A stretch of DNA of 64,000 nt, taken from NCBI GenBank assembly GCA_964393115.1, contig CAYMST010000001.1:213-64212 (forward strand), given 5' to 3'. Shown here piece after piece: positions 29,349 to 39,093 of this stretch (its first letter is position 1; every line of letters starts with the position of its first letter). Under the pieces are notes generated by a model. The model was not told the origin of the DNA. It saw only the letters and a program-made list of their open reading frames with translations, and did no database searches. A program made the translations under genes and the position numbers. The DNA comes from an uncultured Roseivirgaceae bacterium (lineage in GTDB: Bacteria > Bacteroidota > Bacteroidia > Cytophagales > Cyclobacteriaceae).

Positions 29349-30050
29349 ATGAAATTAAAATGTTCAAACTGCTCATCAGAACTTAAGCCTGAAAATATTA
29401 ACATCTCAACAGATCTTGCAAAGTGTGATAACTGCGGGTCAATATTAAAGGTAAGTGAACTAACAAGTTCCATCACGAGCCTTAAAACAACCCCTCCTAA
29501 TGGTTCGAAAATTATGATGACTAAAGGTGCCGGTGGACAACTTGAATTAACACTACCGAAAAAAGGGTTTTCCGCATCAGTTATACCTCAATTTATATTT
29601 GCTACTTTCTGGCTAGCGTTTATCTCTTTTTGGACTTGGGGTGCATCTCAAGGAAGCGTTATTTTCGCAATGTTTTCTCTGCCTTTTTGGTTGGTAGGGA
29701 TAAGTATGATTACTGGAGTCATCAACTCCATAAACGAAGTGCAGAAGATTACACTGAACAAACAAATTTTACGAATCGATCGAATAAGACCCATTGGAAC
29801 TAAATCATTCGAAACCGTATTAACCAACGTTCAAACTATTAAACTGAAAGGCATGAAAATGAATCCATTTGCCATGTTTGGAAATTTCAGATATGCAATG
29901 AAAACGCAAACATCCCTTGGCTCACCTATCGAGACACCTGCAATCATCACAGGAATGAAGACGGAGCATTTTTTTGAGGATGCTAATGATGCTGAACAAG
30001 AGTGGGTTTCAAAGTTTCTTGACACCCTAGTTAAACAGATGAATAAATAG
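29349..30050 (+). CDS. Zinc-ribbon / 2-TM membrane protein (ORFan)
   Basis: N-terminal CxxC...CxxC (CSNCSS...CDNCGS). Two hydrophobic helices (IPQFIFATFWLAFISFWTWG and VIFAMFSLPFWLVGISMITGV), then a soluble C-terminal domain. The track ORF starts at TTG 29337; the ATG at 29349 is preferred. Confidence 0.55.
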   Translation: MKLKCSNCSSELKPENINISTDLAKCDNCGSILKVSELTSSITSLKTTPPNGSKIMMTKGAGGQLELTLPKKGFSASVIPQFIFATFWLAFISFWTWGASQGSVIFAMFSLPFWLVGISMITGVINSINEVQKITLNKQILRIDRIRPIGTKSFETVLTNVQTIKLKGMKMNPFAMFGNFRYAMKTQTSLGSPIETPAIITGMKTEHFFEDANDAEQEWVSKFLDTLVKQMNK

Positions 30051-30229
30051 CAACGATAAAATGTGATGATGAAATCACGCTTATATAATGCTAGACTTAA
30101 GTTTTCTACGTTCTATCAACCCGTTAATTCTGCAAACTGGTCAACGAAAAATTATCTTCTCCGAAAAGCACGCTTCGTACAGGATCGATATGATCAATTA
30201 GAGAGTAGCTGATCCAAAATATTTACGAA

Positions 30230-31036
30230 ATGAAAAGGAACATCTTAAATTTTTTTCAATCTATTAATGAGGGGTATATCCACCCTAAAGGACGCAGGGC
30301 AACAAATATTTTATTGAATGAACTAAACCCTCTTGATGGCGAAAATACCTTAGAATTAGGTTTTGGAACGGGCACATCGTTGATACATGCACTTTCTCAT
30401 AACCTATCAGCTAATCTATTTGGTGTTGAAGCGAGTAATTTAATGCTCAAACGAGCTGAGTCTAGAATCACTTTTTGCGGTTTAAAAAAGAAGGTATTTC
30501 TATCTCTCTTAACGGAAAACAACCATATTCCATTCCCACCAAATTTCTTTGATAAAATATATGTAGAATCAGTTCTAGCCATTCAAGAAGGAATTTTTTT
30601 GGAAACAATGGTTCTTGAATTAAACCGAGTGTTGAAACCCAAAGGAATTCTTTGCATTAATGAGTTATTGTGGAATGTTGACGTTTCAAAGAAGAAAATA
30701 GAAGACACTAATAAATTTGTAAAAGACAATTTTGGCATTATCCAAGCAAACGGTAGTTATCCCTATATTCATGATTGACGCAAACTATTTCAAAAACTTA
30801 AGTTCATTCTTGACAAATCAATAGACTTGAATGAAAGACAGCATTTTAATGGAATAAAAACCACTAAGAACTCAATCCTTCTACGATCGGACATGTATTC
30901 TTTTTTGGGGAAACTCAAGAGCAAAATCTATATCCACCAACGAAATGAACAGGATTTTTATAAAAACAAAATGAAAATGATTGACCATCAAATCAAGCTC
31001 GACCCGTATCTCCTGAAATTTCACAAATTAAATTAA
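30230..31036 (+). pseudogene. Class I SAM-dependent methyltransferase interrupted by one in-frame TGA (30776-30778)
   Basis: Motif I LELGFGTG and the Methyltransf_11-like LKPKGILCINE are present. ORFs 30230-30778 and 30827-31036 are in the same frame and nothing but the single TGA separates them. Read as Trp, the codon gives the natural-looking junction YPYIHD-W-RKLFQKLKF. Confidence 0.65.
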
Positions 31037-31547
31037 ATCGATTCATAGTGATAGTTCTATTTTTTGTTACTTCAGGCTTTGAAAGTCGTGCATAAACATA
31101 AAAAGCAAAACGAAAAAAGGAATATAAAGCCAAGTACAGGTCCACTAACAAGAATTGATAACTGAATTTGGAAGACTTAGCTCTGTTCATGAAGGAAATA
31201 ACTTTAATAGTATTTTCAATAGACTAGAATGGGGAAACTGATAACATTTGGGCACTACTATTATTGAAAATTCTTACGTTTAATAGTGAAATTATCTAGA
31301 GGCATCACTATCAGCTCTTTTGATATTCGTGTCAAAAGAGATTATTTAAAAAGATGATAAGAATCGCAAATACCTCAACAGGTCTCGTTAATTCTGAGAT
31401 GCACCTTATCGTAGAGCGATCAGAAACAGTGGCAAAATACATGAGCGCTACACGCTGGATCGAGTCCCAGACTCGACTATCTTCGCACAAAAACAAACTA
31501 CATCATAAACTTCGCACGACATATCGGGTCGCTAAAAGTAAAAAGAT

Positions 31548-32285
31548 ATGAATCCTAAAATATCAATTATTACGGTCTCCTTTAATGCCCAGGCATTTAT
31601 TGAAAGAACCATACGTAGCGTGATCGAACAAAACTATTCAAACATTGAATACCTAGTAATCGATGGTAATTCAAAAGATGGGACAGTTGATATAATTAAG
31701 TCCTACCAGGATCGTATAGATTTCTGGCTTAGCGAACCAGATAAGAGTCACTTTGACGCAATGAATAAAGGCATTAAAAGGGCAAGTGGAGATTATATCT
31801 TGATATTAAATGCTGGTGATAGGTTAGAAAGTCCAGAAACTCTGACCAATGCAATGAAAGGAACTAACAACGAAGATTTCATTTACAGCAGAGCAGAATA
31901 TATAAATGAAAAAGGAGAAAGATGGCCTTGGCATAAGAAAACACCTACTCCTGATAAACTTTCCAAAAGAAGCTTTATAAATGGTATGGTAATTTGTCAT
32001 CATTGTATGATCGTCAAAAGATCCATAACCCCACTATTTATGCTTGAACCTTGGAAAGTGTCAAACGATATTGATTGGGCTATCAGGGTAATGGAAAATG
32101 TGAAAAATGTTCATTTTTGGGATAATGTTTTTTGTTTGTATTTAGAAGGAGGAATTTCGAAGGTTCAGAAATGGAAAGCAGTAAGAGAACGTTTCGACAT
32201 TAGTTTAACCCATTTTGGAGGGTTTTATACTATACTTGAACAGTTTAGGATTTTAGGACAATTAGTTTATAAAAAATTACGATAA
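31548..32285 (+). CDS. Family 2 glycosyltransferase
   Basis: ISIITVSFNAQAFIERTIRSVIEQNYSNIEYLVIDGNSKDGT is the canonical GT2 N-terminus. A DxD-like LNAGD motif is present. Confidence 0.9.
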   Translation: MNPKISIITVSFNAQAFIERTIRSVIEQNYSNIEYLVIDGNSKDGTVDIIKSYQDRIDFWLSEPDKSHFDAMNKGIKRASGDYILILNAGDRLESPETLTNAMKGTNNEDFIYSRAEYINEKGERWPWHKKTPTPDKLSKRSFINGMVICHHCMIVKRSITPLFMLEPWKVSNDIDWAIRVMENVKNVHFWDNVFCLYLEGGISKVQKWKAVRERFDISLTHFGGFYTILEQFRILGQLVYKKLR

Positions 32286-32286
32286 C

Positions 32287-33258
32287 ATGAAAAGAGCATT
32301 GATTACAGGTTCTGGAGGTTTCATCGGTAGTCATCTTGCGAAGTTTTTGAAAAACAAAGGATATTATGTCAAAGGAGTAGACTTAAAAAATCCAGAATAT
32401 TCGGAATCAGCATGTGATGAACATATTATCGGTGATCTCAGAAGTCAAGAACTAGTAAAGCAGGTGTTTGACGATGAACCCTTTGATGAAATCTATCAAT
32501 TGGCAGCAGACATGGGAGGTGCCGGTTACATATTTACGGGTGATAACGATGCTGACGTAATGCATAACTCAGCACTTATTAACTTGAATATTCTCGAAAA
32601 AGCGGTTGAAACCAAATCAAAGAAGATTTTCTACTCTTCATCGGCCTGTATTTACCCTGAATTCAATCAATTAGACCCCGACAACCCAAATTGTGAAGAA
32701 AGTTCTGCATATCCTGCCCAACCGGATAGCGAATATGGTTGGGAAAAATTGTTCAGCGAACGCCTTTATTTTGCCTTTATGAGGAATTATGGAATTGAAG
32801 TTAAAGTGGCGCGATTCCACAACATTTTTGGACCGGAAGGTACTTATCAAGGTGGAAAAGAAAAGGCCCCAGCAGCCATTTGCAGGAAAGTGGCTATGGC
32901 CAATGATGGTGATCAAATCGAGGTGTGGGGTGATGGGAAACAAACACGTTCATTTCTTTATATAGACGAATGCTTAGAAGGAGTTTATAGATTAATGCAA
33001 TCTAACTTTCATGGTCCGATAAACATTGGATCAGAAGAAATGATCACAATCAATCAGTTAGTTGAATTCTGTTTAGATATTTCAGGTAAAAACCTAGAAA
33101 TCAAACACATAGATGGACCAACCGGTGTGCGCGGAAGAAAATCAGACAACTCATTGATATTGAAAGAGCTAGGATGGAGTCCTTCTTATCCTGTGAAAAC
33201 TGGCTTAAAACACACCTATAAATGGATAACGAAAATGGTAAAAGAATCCGCCTCATGA
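32287..33258 (+). CDS. GDP-mannose 3,5-epimerase-type NAD-dependent epimerase
   Basis: Full-length resemblance to plant GME as I recall it: ITGSGGFIGSH, LAADMGGAGYI, SSACIYPEFNQL, RFHNIFGPEGTYQGGKEKAPAAICRK, WGDGKQTRSFLYIDECLEG, NIGSEEM, GPTGVRGRKSDNSLI. Confidence 0.8.
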   Translation: MKRALITGSGGFIGSHLAKFLKNKGYYVKGVDLKNPEYSESACDEHIIGDLRSQELVKQVFDDEPFDEIYQLAADMGGAGYIFTGDNDADVMHNSALINLNILEKAVETKSKKIFYSSSACIYPEFNQLDPDNPNCEESSAYPAQPDSEYGWEKLFSERLYFAFMRNYGIEVKVARFHNIFGPEGTYQGGKEKAPAAICRKVAMANDGDQIEVWGDGKQTRSFLYIDECLEGVYRLMQSNFHGPINIGSEEMITINQLVEFCLDISGKNLEIKHIDGPTGVRGRKSDNSLILKELGWSPSYPVKTGLKHTYKWITKMVKESAS

Positions 33259-33645
33259 GGTCAAGAATAAGAAGAGGATACCAGTAGGTGCGAAATGAAT
33301 ATGCAGTCTGGGTTATTTGAAATGATAGAGCAAACTAGTGATATCTACCTTTCTAGGAACTTAGAGGCATATTCATTTTACGGTCTAAATTTGAGATAAA
33401 GTTGAACTGGAACTGAAGAATCGAATCAACAGATAACTCCTAAACGACTAAAGACTTCTAAAGCTTTTTCTAAGCCCTTGAGGTTCCAACTATGCACCTG
33501 AACGATACAGCCTTTTAGACACCTATTTTGTACATCCTGAGCATCCAGGTTTAGTATCGCCTAAACCTAAATTATGGTTCAACGCATTTTCGAACAACTC
33601 GCTCTGATCAATAACGTCTATACTATGATTTCAGCGTTATCAAAT

Positions 33646-33710
33646 GGCTATGAATTTTATATAAGCTGTTGAAATCGACTCTTTTGTGTAATGATCTTAT
33701 GGATTCCATT
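33646..33710 (+). repeat. Intergenic element, copy A (paralogue of 45723-45791)
   Basis: The core 33679-33709 CTCTTTTGTGTAATGATCTTATGGATTCCAT matches 45761-45791 at 27 of 31 positions, counted by hand. Looser similarity extends about 35 nt upstream. Confidence 0.8.
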
Positions 33711-33813
33711 TAAGATAGCCGTTGAACTAATTCAAGAAATAAACACACACAGCATCAAACACTTGCGAATGCTTTTTATTGGTCATAAATCAAAAGATCT
33801 TGTGTAATCATTC

Positions 33814-34482
33814 ATGCTCAATGAATCATTGAACGTGGTAAGACTCGTTTGGTCTACATCCCATTTGACTGACGATACGGAATCCATAAGACAATTACAC
33901 ATGACCAATAGAACAGATGACCTGTCCCTTGACAAGAACCTACAACTTGCCCTTTTGGATGAGATACAAGATAAATATGACTGGGTCGAAGAAATGAGTG
34001 AAGAATATGAAAGAATGCGACCCAACAATCCTAAATGGGTGCCTTGGACCACTATCGAAGAAGGTGATCTAGAGTCCTATTCTTCTTTAGAGCAATTCCT
34101 GCTCACATTACAGCTCAAAAACGAAAAACTTCTTGAAATAGATAGGCTAACGCTAGATGGAGATCGAGACGTCTACCAATGGATATATGCCAACTGGTGG
34201 GATTTGGGAGATCATTTTGTTATTCGAAACCTCAACGGAATTGAAAAATGTCAATCCATTACATATCTGCATTTAGGACAAGGATTAGTAGAAGGTTGTA
34301 GCCTTCTACCACTCAAAGCACTTCCTAAACTTTCTGAATTGTGGATCTGCGAAAGTGGTAGATACAGAGATATTGACGCTTTACTACATCTTCCAAAGTT
34401 GGAAAAGATCAACGTGTCAAACTGGGAATCCAGTGATAACAGACATATTTGGGAACAGGTTATAGAAAATGTGAACGGATAG
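33814..34482 (+). CDS. Hypothetical protein with C-terminal LRR-like region
   Basis: 222-aa ORF. The C-terminal half has LRR-like periodicity (LNGIEKCQSITYLHL, LKALPKLSELWI, LLHLPKLEKINVSN). The start is uncertain. Confidence 0.5.
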   Translation: MLNESLNVVRLVWSTSHLTDDTESIRQLHMTNRTDDLSLDKNLQLALLDEIQDKYDWVEEMSEEYERMRPNNPKWVPWTTIEEGDLESYSSLEQFLLTLQLKNEKLLEIDRLTLDGDRDVYQWIYANWWDLGDHFVIRNLNGIEKCQSITYLHLGQGLVEGCSLLPLKALPKLSELWICESGRYRDIDALLHLPKLEKINVSNWESSDNRHIWEQVIENVNG

Positions 34483-34807
34483 GATAAGGGCTTATACCAT
34501 TTAAACCTAATAACGGCGTATTGTCAGACTTAATACCAGCTCTTAAATATATCTATCAGAAGCGTCCTTTTTTGAGCAGCTCCGAAGCGCTCCGCGCGTG
34601 GGTTATGGTAACTAGACCAATATCTCTCACTGGAGAACTTAAACTTTATAGATTCGCAACTTATGATGCCATTCATTAAGACTACATATTACAGGCTTAG
34701 CGGGAAGAGAGAATAATTTGACGTATCCCATAACGTTTAAGAGTAGTGAAATCATCGTCTCCCTTTAGTTGTCAACTAACTAAGGATAGCTTTCCAACAA
34801 TCACCCC

Positions 34808-36277
34808 ATGAAAAAGAAGTATTTGTTCTATATCATTAGCCTCGGGCTTCTGATCTTTATTTCTGTTCCGACCATTCACCTACTCAGAACAAAGTTGGCC
34901 GAAAACAGAGTCGAATCACCTGATCCCAAAGGTTATACTGACGATGAGAGTCACTTGAATAGGACTAAAATTGATTCTCTAGTTTTCGCTGCGAGCGACT
35001 CCCTTGAGCTTATACTTCAACTCAAATCTTTATTAGACTACGCCTCCAAAAACAATTTGAAAGTGTCCATTGCAGGGACAAAACATAGTATGGGTGGACA
35101 TACCATTTCTGAAAATGGGATTCTGTTAAATATGCTCCCCAACAACCATATGAGTTTGGACACCCTACACAATGTGCTAACCATAGGCTCTGGGGCCACG
35201 TGGGAGCAGGCCATTAGATTCATCGACCCGTACGAGCGATCGATTAGTATCATGCAAGCATTTAACACCTTTTCAGTTGGTGGGTCCATTAGTGTGAATG
35301 GCCACGGCTGGCAGAAAAACCTACCTCCTCTCTCGAATAGTGTAAAGTCGTTTCGGCTAATGCTGGCGAATGGTGATATCAAGACCTGCAGCAGAACAGA
35401 AAATGAAGAGCTCTTTCATCTGGTAGTGGGCGGTTACGGCCTTTTTGGAGTTATTCTAGATGTCAGACTCAATGTGCAAAAAAACGCAGCGCTAAAGTAT
35501 AAATACGTTAACATGTCCACGAATAATTACCTAAAATACTATAACGAGTATATCACTAATAACCCGAAAACAGAGCTGGTTTTTGGGAGGCTTAGAGTCT
35601 CTCAAAAGCGTTTTTTGGAGGAAGCGACGCTTAATTTCTTCGAAAGAACTCCATATCCTCCTGAAAAAATAAATTTCGATAGCAAGAAAAATACCGAATC
35701 CAAAAGGCTTATTTTCAGAGGGAGTGTTGATAGTGAATATGGCAAAAGACTTCGTTGGGAGTTAGAAAAAGTAGCGAATACTGCTTCAAAAAATAACATC
35801 TATTCCCGAAATGAATTGCTAAACGATGACGTTTCATTGATTGAGAATAAAGACTCCACCAGCACTGACATCCTGCATGAGTACTTTGTCCCAGAAAGGA
35901 ACTTTATGAAATTTATAAACGCTATCAAACCCCATCTACAGGCTAGTGAAGTTGATTTATTAAACATCACGATTCGAAGAGTTGAAACGGATCACGATGC
36001 TTTTCTGAATTACGCCAAAGAACCTGTGTATGGCTTCGTTATTCTTTTTAACCAGAAAAGAAACAAGACAGGTGAAAATGCCATGATACTACTTACCGAA
36101 GCTTTGGTAGACTGTGTGATTAGCGCTGAAGGGACATATTACTTACCATACCGACTTCACGTTAGTAAAAAGAAGATGTATCAAGTTTACCCACAAGCTC
36201 CTAATTTTTTCGAGAAAAAAAGGGAATATGATCCGCAAGAGTTGTTTAGCAATACGTTTTACGAGAAGTATAAATAG
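34808..36277 (+). CDS. FAD-binding (PCMH/FAD_binding_4-type) oxidoreductase, membrane-anchored
   Basis: An N-terminal TM helix. VSIAGTKHSMGGHT, followed by GSGATWEQ and GGSISVNGHG, is typical of FAD-linked oxidases. Confidence 0.75.
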   Translation: MKKKYLFYIISLGLLIFISVPTIHLLRTKLAENRVESPDPKGYTDDESHLNRTKIDSLVFAASDSLELILQLKSLLDYASKNNLKVSIAGTKHSMGGHTISENGILLNMLPNNHMSLDTLHNVLTIGSGATWEQAIRFIDPYERSISIMQAFNTFSVGGSISVNGHGWQKNLPPLSNSVKSFRLMLANGDIKTCSRTENEELFHLVVGGYGLFGVILDVRLNVQKNAALKYKYVNMSTNNYLKYYNEYITNNPKTELVFGRLRVSQKRFLEEATLNFFERTPYPPEKINFDSKKNTESKRLIFRGSVDSEYGKRLRWELEKVANTASKNNIYSRNELLNDDVSLIENKDSTSTDILHEYFVPERNFMKFINAIKPHLQASEVDLLNITIRRVETDHDAFLNYAKEPVYGFVILFNQKRNKTGENAMILLTEALVDCVISAEGTYYLPYRLHVSKKKMYQVYPQAPNFFEKKREYDPQELFSNTFYEKYK

Positions 36278-36418
36278 AATAGATTTGAGCCTTACTTTAT
36301 GCAACTACAGTAATTATTTAAGGAATCAGATCGATGCGTTTTGCTATCAATAGACCTAGGCATAAACGTATAGTGCTTCTTAGCCGTTCAAGCGCTCTAA
36401 CATGTACAATTTACTACT

Positions 36419-36958
36419 ATGATTTTAAAGTCAAAAAGAAAGGCTTCTCGCTTGATTAGAAAGCTACTCGTAGTAGCCACTTTACTAGTGTCAGCTCACT
36501 TTACTATTACGATAACCTTAGGTGACATTAGTTACTCACGCACTTATAACACCATTTACAATCCAAGCGGCTCTCAGTTTTTAACTAGAACGGCATGGGC
36601 CGAACTCAAATCCAATCGCAAAATCGTTAATCTTGAGCTTATTCCAAGCTGTCCAGGACACGTAGGGTACTTGGTAACACATTTGGGTTTTGTGCACTAC
36701 GAATATGGTCTCTATGCTCCACCCTTGATACAACATACTCAAACCAGCGGATTCATGATACAAGTGGACACTATAAATGGATACTTCGTACGAACCATAA
36801 GAAAGGATGGAGAATTCGGTTTTCATATTCCCAAACAGAAAGGGATGAAGTGGGGGCTAACCATATACCCTTCATCGACAGCAAGTAAACTTGATCGAGA
36901 GCTAATGGAGGTGGCGACAACAGCGAAATATGATTTATATGAAACCCATACCCCATAA
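36419..36958 (+). CDS. Hypothetical protein with N-terminal membrane anchor (ORFan)
   Basis: 179-aa ORF with the anchor LLVVATLLVSAHFTITI. Confidence 0.45.
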   Translation: MILKSKRKASRLIRKLLVVATLLVSAHFTITITLGDISYSRTYNTIYNPSGSQFLTRTAWAELKSNRKIVNLELIPSCPGHVGYLVTHLGFVHYEYGLYAPPLIQHTQTSGFMIQVDTINGYFVRTIRKDGEFGFHIPKQKGMKWGLTIYPSSTASKLDRELMEVATTAKYDLYETHTP

Positions 36959-37175
36959 GATAATTCGCAAAAGAGTTGAACGACATATTACTAAGTTCAA
37001 TATCAACTCTTATATAGACTTTACATAAAAGACGTTGACAACAAACGCGCAAAAGCGATATACAAGATACATAATAGGACAAAACTACTTTTGGATCAAT
37101 ACTCCGAAGACATAAGGAATACACATAAAACCAAATGGTGTAGAGTAACGAACCTGGGTGTTTTTAAACCAAATA

Positions 37176-37598
37176 ATGATGGAACGAAGAGATTTGATAA
37201 AAGATCAGATAGAGCAATTAAGTAAGGCTCTGGCCAAAATTCTTTCAGAATTTATTCAGTTAAAGGCGAATGGTGACCTGAATCAGGCCATTGAACTTTC
37301 GAATCAGCACTATAAAAGTGAACTTGATCTTGATATCAACAAGTTATTGGAGCTTAACAAGTCTGACATGGCAACCTATCTCCATGACAAAGGATTAACA
37401 TTCAGTCATTGGGAAAGCCTATCCGAGTATTTAGCCATCGTGGGAGCGGAAAAAATTGACATCAACACATCAGAGGCTCGAGAGTATCTTACAAAAGCAA
37501 TAGATATATTGGATACAGTAGACGAGACCTCGAAGATGATGTCCTTTGAACGAATGGATAAGAAAAGCAGGATAGAAGACATGCTTCAAAGCATTTAG
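37176..37598 (+). CDS. Hypothetical helical protein (ORFan)
   Basis: The ORF (track start GTG 37158; ATG at 37176) encodes a charged, helix-prone sequence with no recognisable domain. Confidence 0.45.
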   Translation: MMERRDLIKDQIEQLSKALAKILSEFIQLKANGDLNQAIELSNQHYKSELDLDINKLLELNKSDMATYLHDKGLTFSHWESLSEYLAIVGAEKIDINTSEAREYLTKAIDILDTVDETSKMMSFERMDKKSRIEDMLQSI

Positions 37599-38167
37599 AC
37601 ATGTATTTTTTGTAATAGAGTCTAGATCTTTGAATACAGGCATTCATTGCCATAATGCTTGAATGACCAATAATCCCAAATTTAAAAAGTGAGAAATAGC
37701 ATTCACTTGTAATCATAGTAGTGACTATCATAGTTTTTAAGAGGTGTATTAACCAGCGAAGAAGTGGGTAGACTTCCAACTAATCAAGTCAGTATAAACA
37801 ATAGCAGGTAGATTGTTAAAGAAATACCACTAATATGAAGTTACCACCATCGGAGAAGTTAAGACATCATTAAATGGTATAACCAATTGGAAGTTCTCAG
37901 GGAAGAATTCAGAATTAATAATAAAAGAAGATGGTAACTATACTTTTAAAGGGGTTTTGGTCACATCTAAAAATCCGATGTTACCGGCGAATAAAGCGGA
38001 AGTGTTGCTAAAAAGTAAAAGGTTGTATAAACCGTTACTTAGCTGCTCAGGATTCATCGGCTCTTTCGTATCGTGATAGCGACATTTGAACAGATCTTAT
38101 CATATCGTGACTTAGTTATGCCAAACAAATGGTTTAAGCTTACGTTTTTGGTTAAAAAGAAGAGAGT

Positions 38168-38698
38168 ATGAGGTTATCGCTTATTTTAATGCTCAGTGTA
38201 GCATACATCACGGGAGCTTGCCAAACCCAACACAGTGCAAAGCATGAAGACAATGCCTATCCTATTCAAAAGACGGATGAAGAATGGAAGAAAATCCTCT
38301 CTGACGAGCAATTTTATATACTGCGCAAACAGGGTACTGAATATGCGTTTACCGGCAAATACTGGGATAATAAGAAAAAAGGAACGTATTACTCGGCCGC
38401 TACCGGTCAGCCCTTATTTAGCTCTGAGCACAAATACAAATCGGGCACTGGATGGCCTAGTTTTTATAAGCCAATAGATGAAAACGCAGTCAAAGAGATT
38501 GTGGACAGAAGTCATGGTATGACACGCACTGAAGTCGTAGACAGCGGCAGCGGTTCACACCTTGGTCATGTGTTTCGTGATGGACCGGCCCCAACTGGTC
38601 TTCGGTATTGCATGAACTCGGCCTCTATGATCTTTGTGGAAGATGGTCAAGAGTTGCCGGCAATCGTACAAGAATGGAAGGATAAATTTGGTGAATAG
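38168..38698 (+). CDS. msrB: Peptide-methionine (R)-S-oxide reductase, secreted/lipoprotein form
   Basis: SelR/MsrB motifs [15 protein letters not shown] and RYCMNS (catalytic Cys). The signal is ITGAC. Confidence 0.9.
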   Translation: MRLSLILMLSVAYITGACQTQHSAKHEDNAYPIQKTDEEWKKILSDEQFYILRKQGTEYAFTGKYWDNKKKGTYYSAATGQPLFSSEHKYKSGTGWPSFYKPIDENAVKEIVDRSHGMTRTEVVDSGSGSHLGHVFRDGPAPTGLRYCMNSASMIFVEDGQELPAIVQEWKDKFGE

Positions 38699-39093
38699 TT
38701 TTGTCAAGTAATAGACTGATTTCTAATCTGCTGACAATTAAACCGCAGCTTCCTAAATGCAGTAGGTTATGCGGATGTCTCTCGAGCATAAGACAGAACA
38801 CTTCATATGGAGTATTTATGTGTAATCAGCACCATTAACCATATTAATGATTACACCACCTAAATTCCTTGTCAGCTCTTCTAATAATCTGCTTAAATCA
38901 AGCACTAGAAGAGCTTATTATTTCATATCATAATAGTAAGTGAGGTTTAAAAGTGGGTATCCTGTTGTCTAATCCTTCCTATTGATTGGTCAGTCGATAT
39001 ATACTTACACTAATAATTGTAAAACTTCCGAACCTTGATTTAGTTAGTCAAGATTTTCGTTAATATGCGGACTTATAATTTAAATACTTGAAT

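Noticed and set aside
30776-30778. The in-frame TGA in the methyltransferase, considered as selenocysteine or a reassigned Trp codon.
   Set aside because: No SECIS-like hairpin follows the codon. The position is not a catalytic Cys-type site. TGA terminates other well-supported genes in the window (e.g. coaBC, the M1 peptidase neighbourhood genes). A nonsense mutation or a sequencing error is the simpler explanation.
30993-31190. A 65-aa hydrophobic ORF, one of only two minus-strand ORFs in the 26-50 kb run that are not fully embedded in a plus-strand gene (the other is 50436-50669, discussed in the spacer finding).
   Set aside because: It overlaps the 3' end of the methyltransferase pseudogene. 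It has no ribosome-binding or promoter context that I could see, and low-complexity hydrophobic ORFs are common in A+T-rich DNA.
31455-31470. A tRNA T-arm-like hairpin CTGG-ATCGAGTC-CCAG, considered as a tRNA 3' fragment or integration att site.
   Set aside because: The loop is 8 nt rather than the 7-nt TTCRANY loop. No matching acceptor, anticodon or D arms could be built from the flanks, and there is no integrase nearby.
31314-31551. A 9-bp hairpin (CTCTTTTGA / TCAAAAGAG) and a basic 65-aa ORF (31354-31551) whose stop overlaps the GT2 start in ATGA.
   Set aside because: The ORF has no recognisable features and sits in a long A+T-rich spacer. The ATGA overlap can arise by chance. I left it unannotated, though it could be a remnant or a leader peptide.
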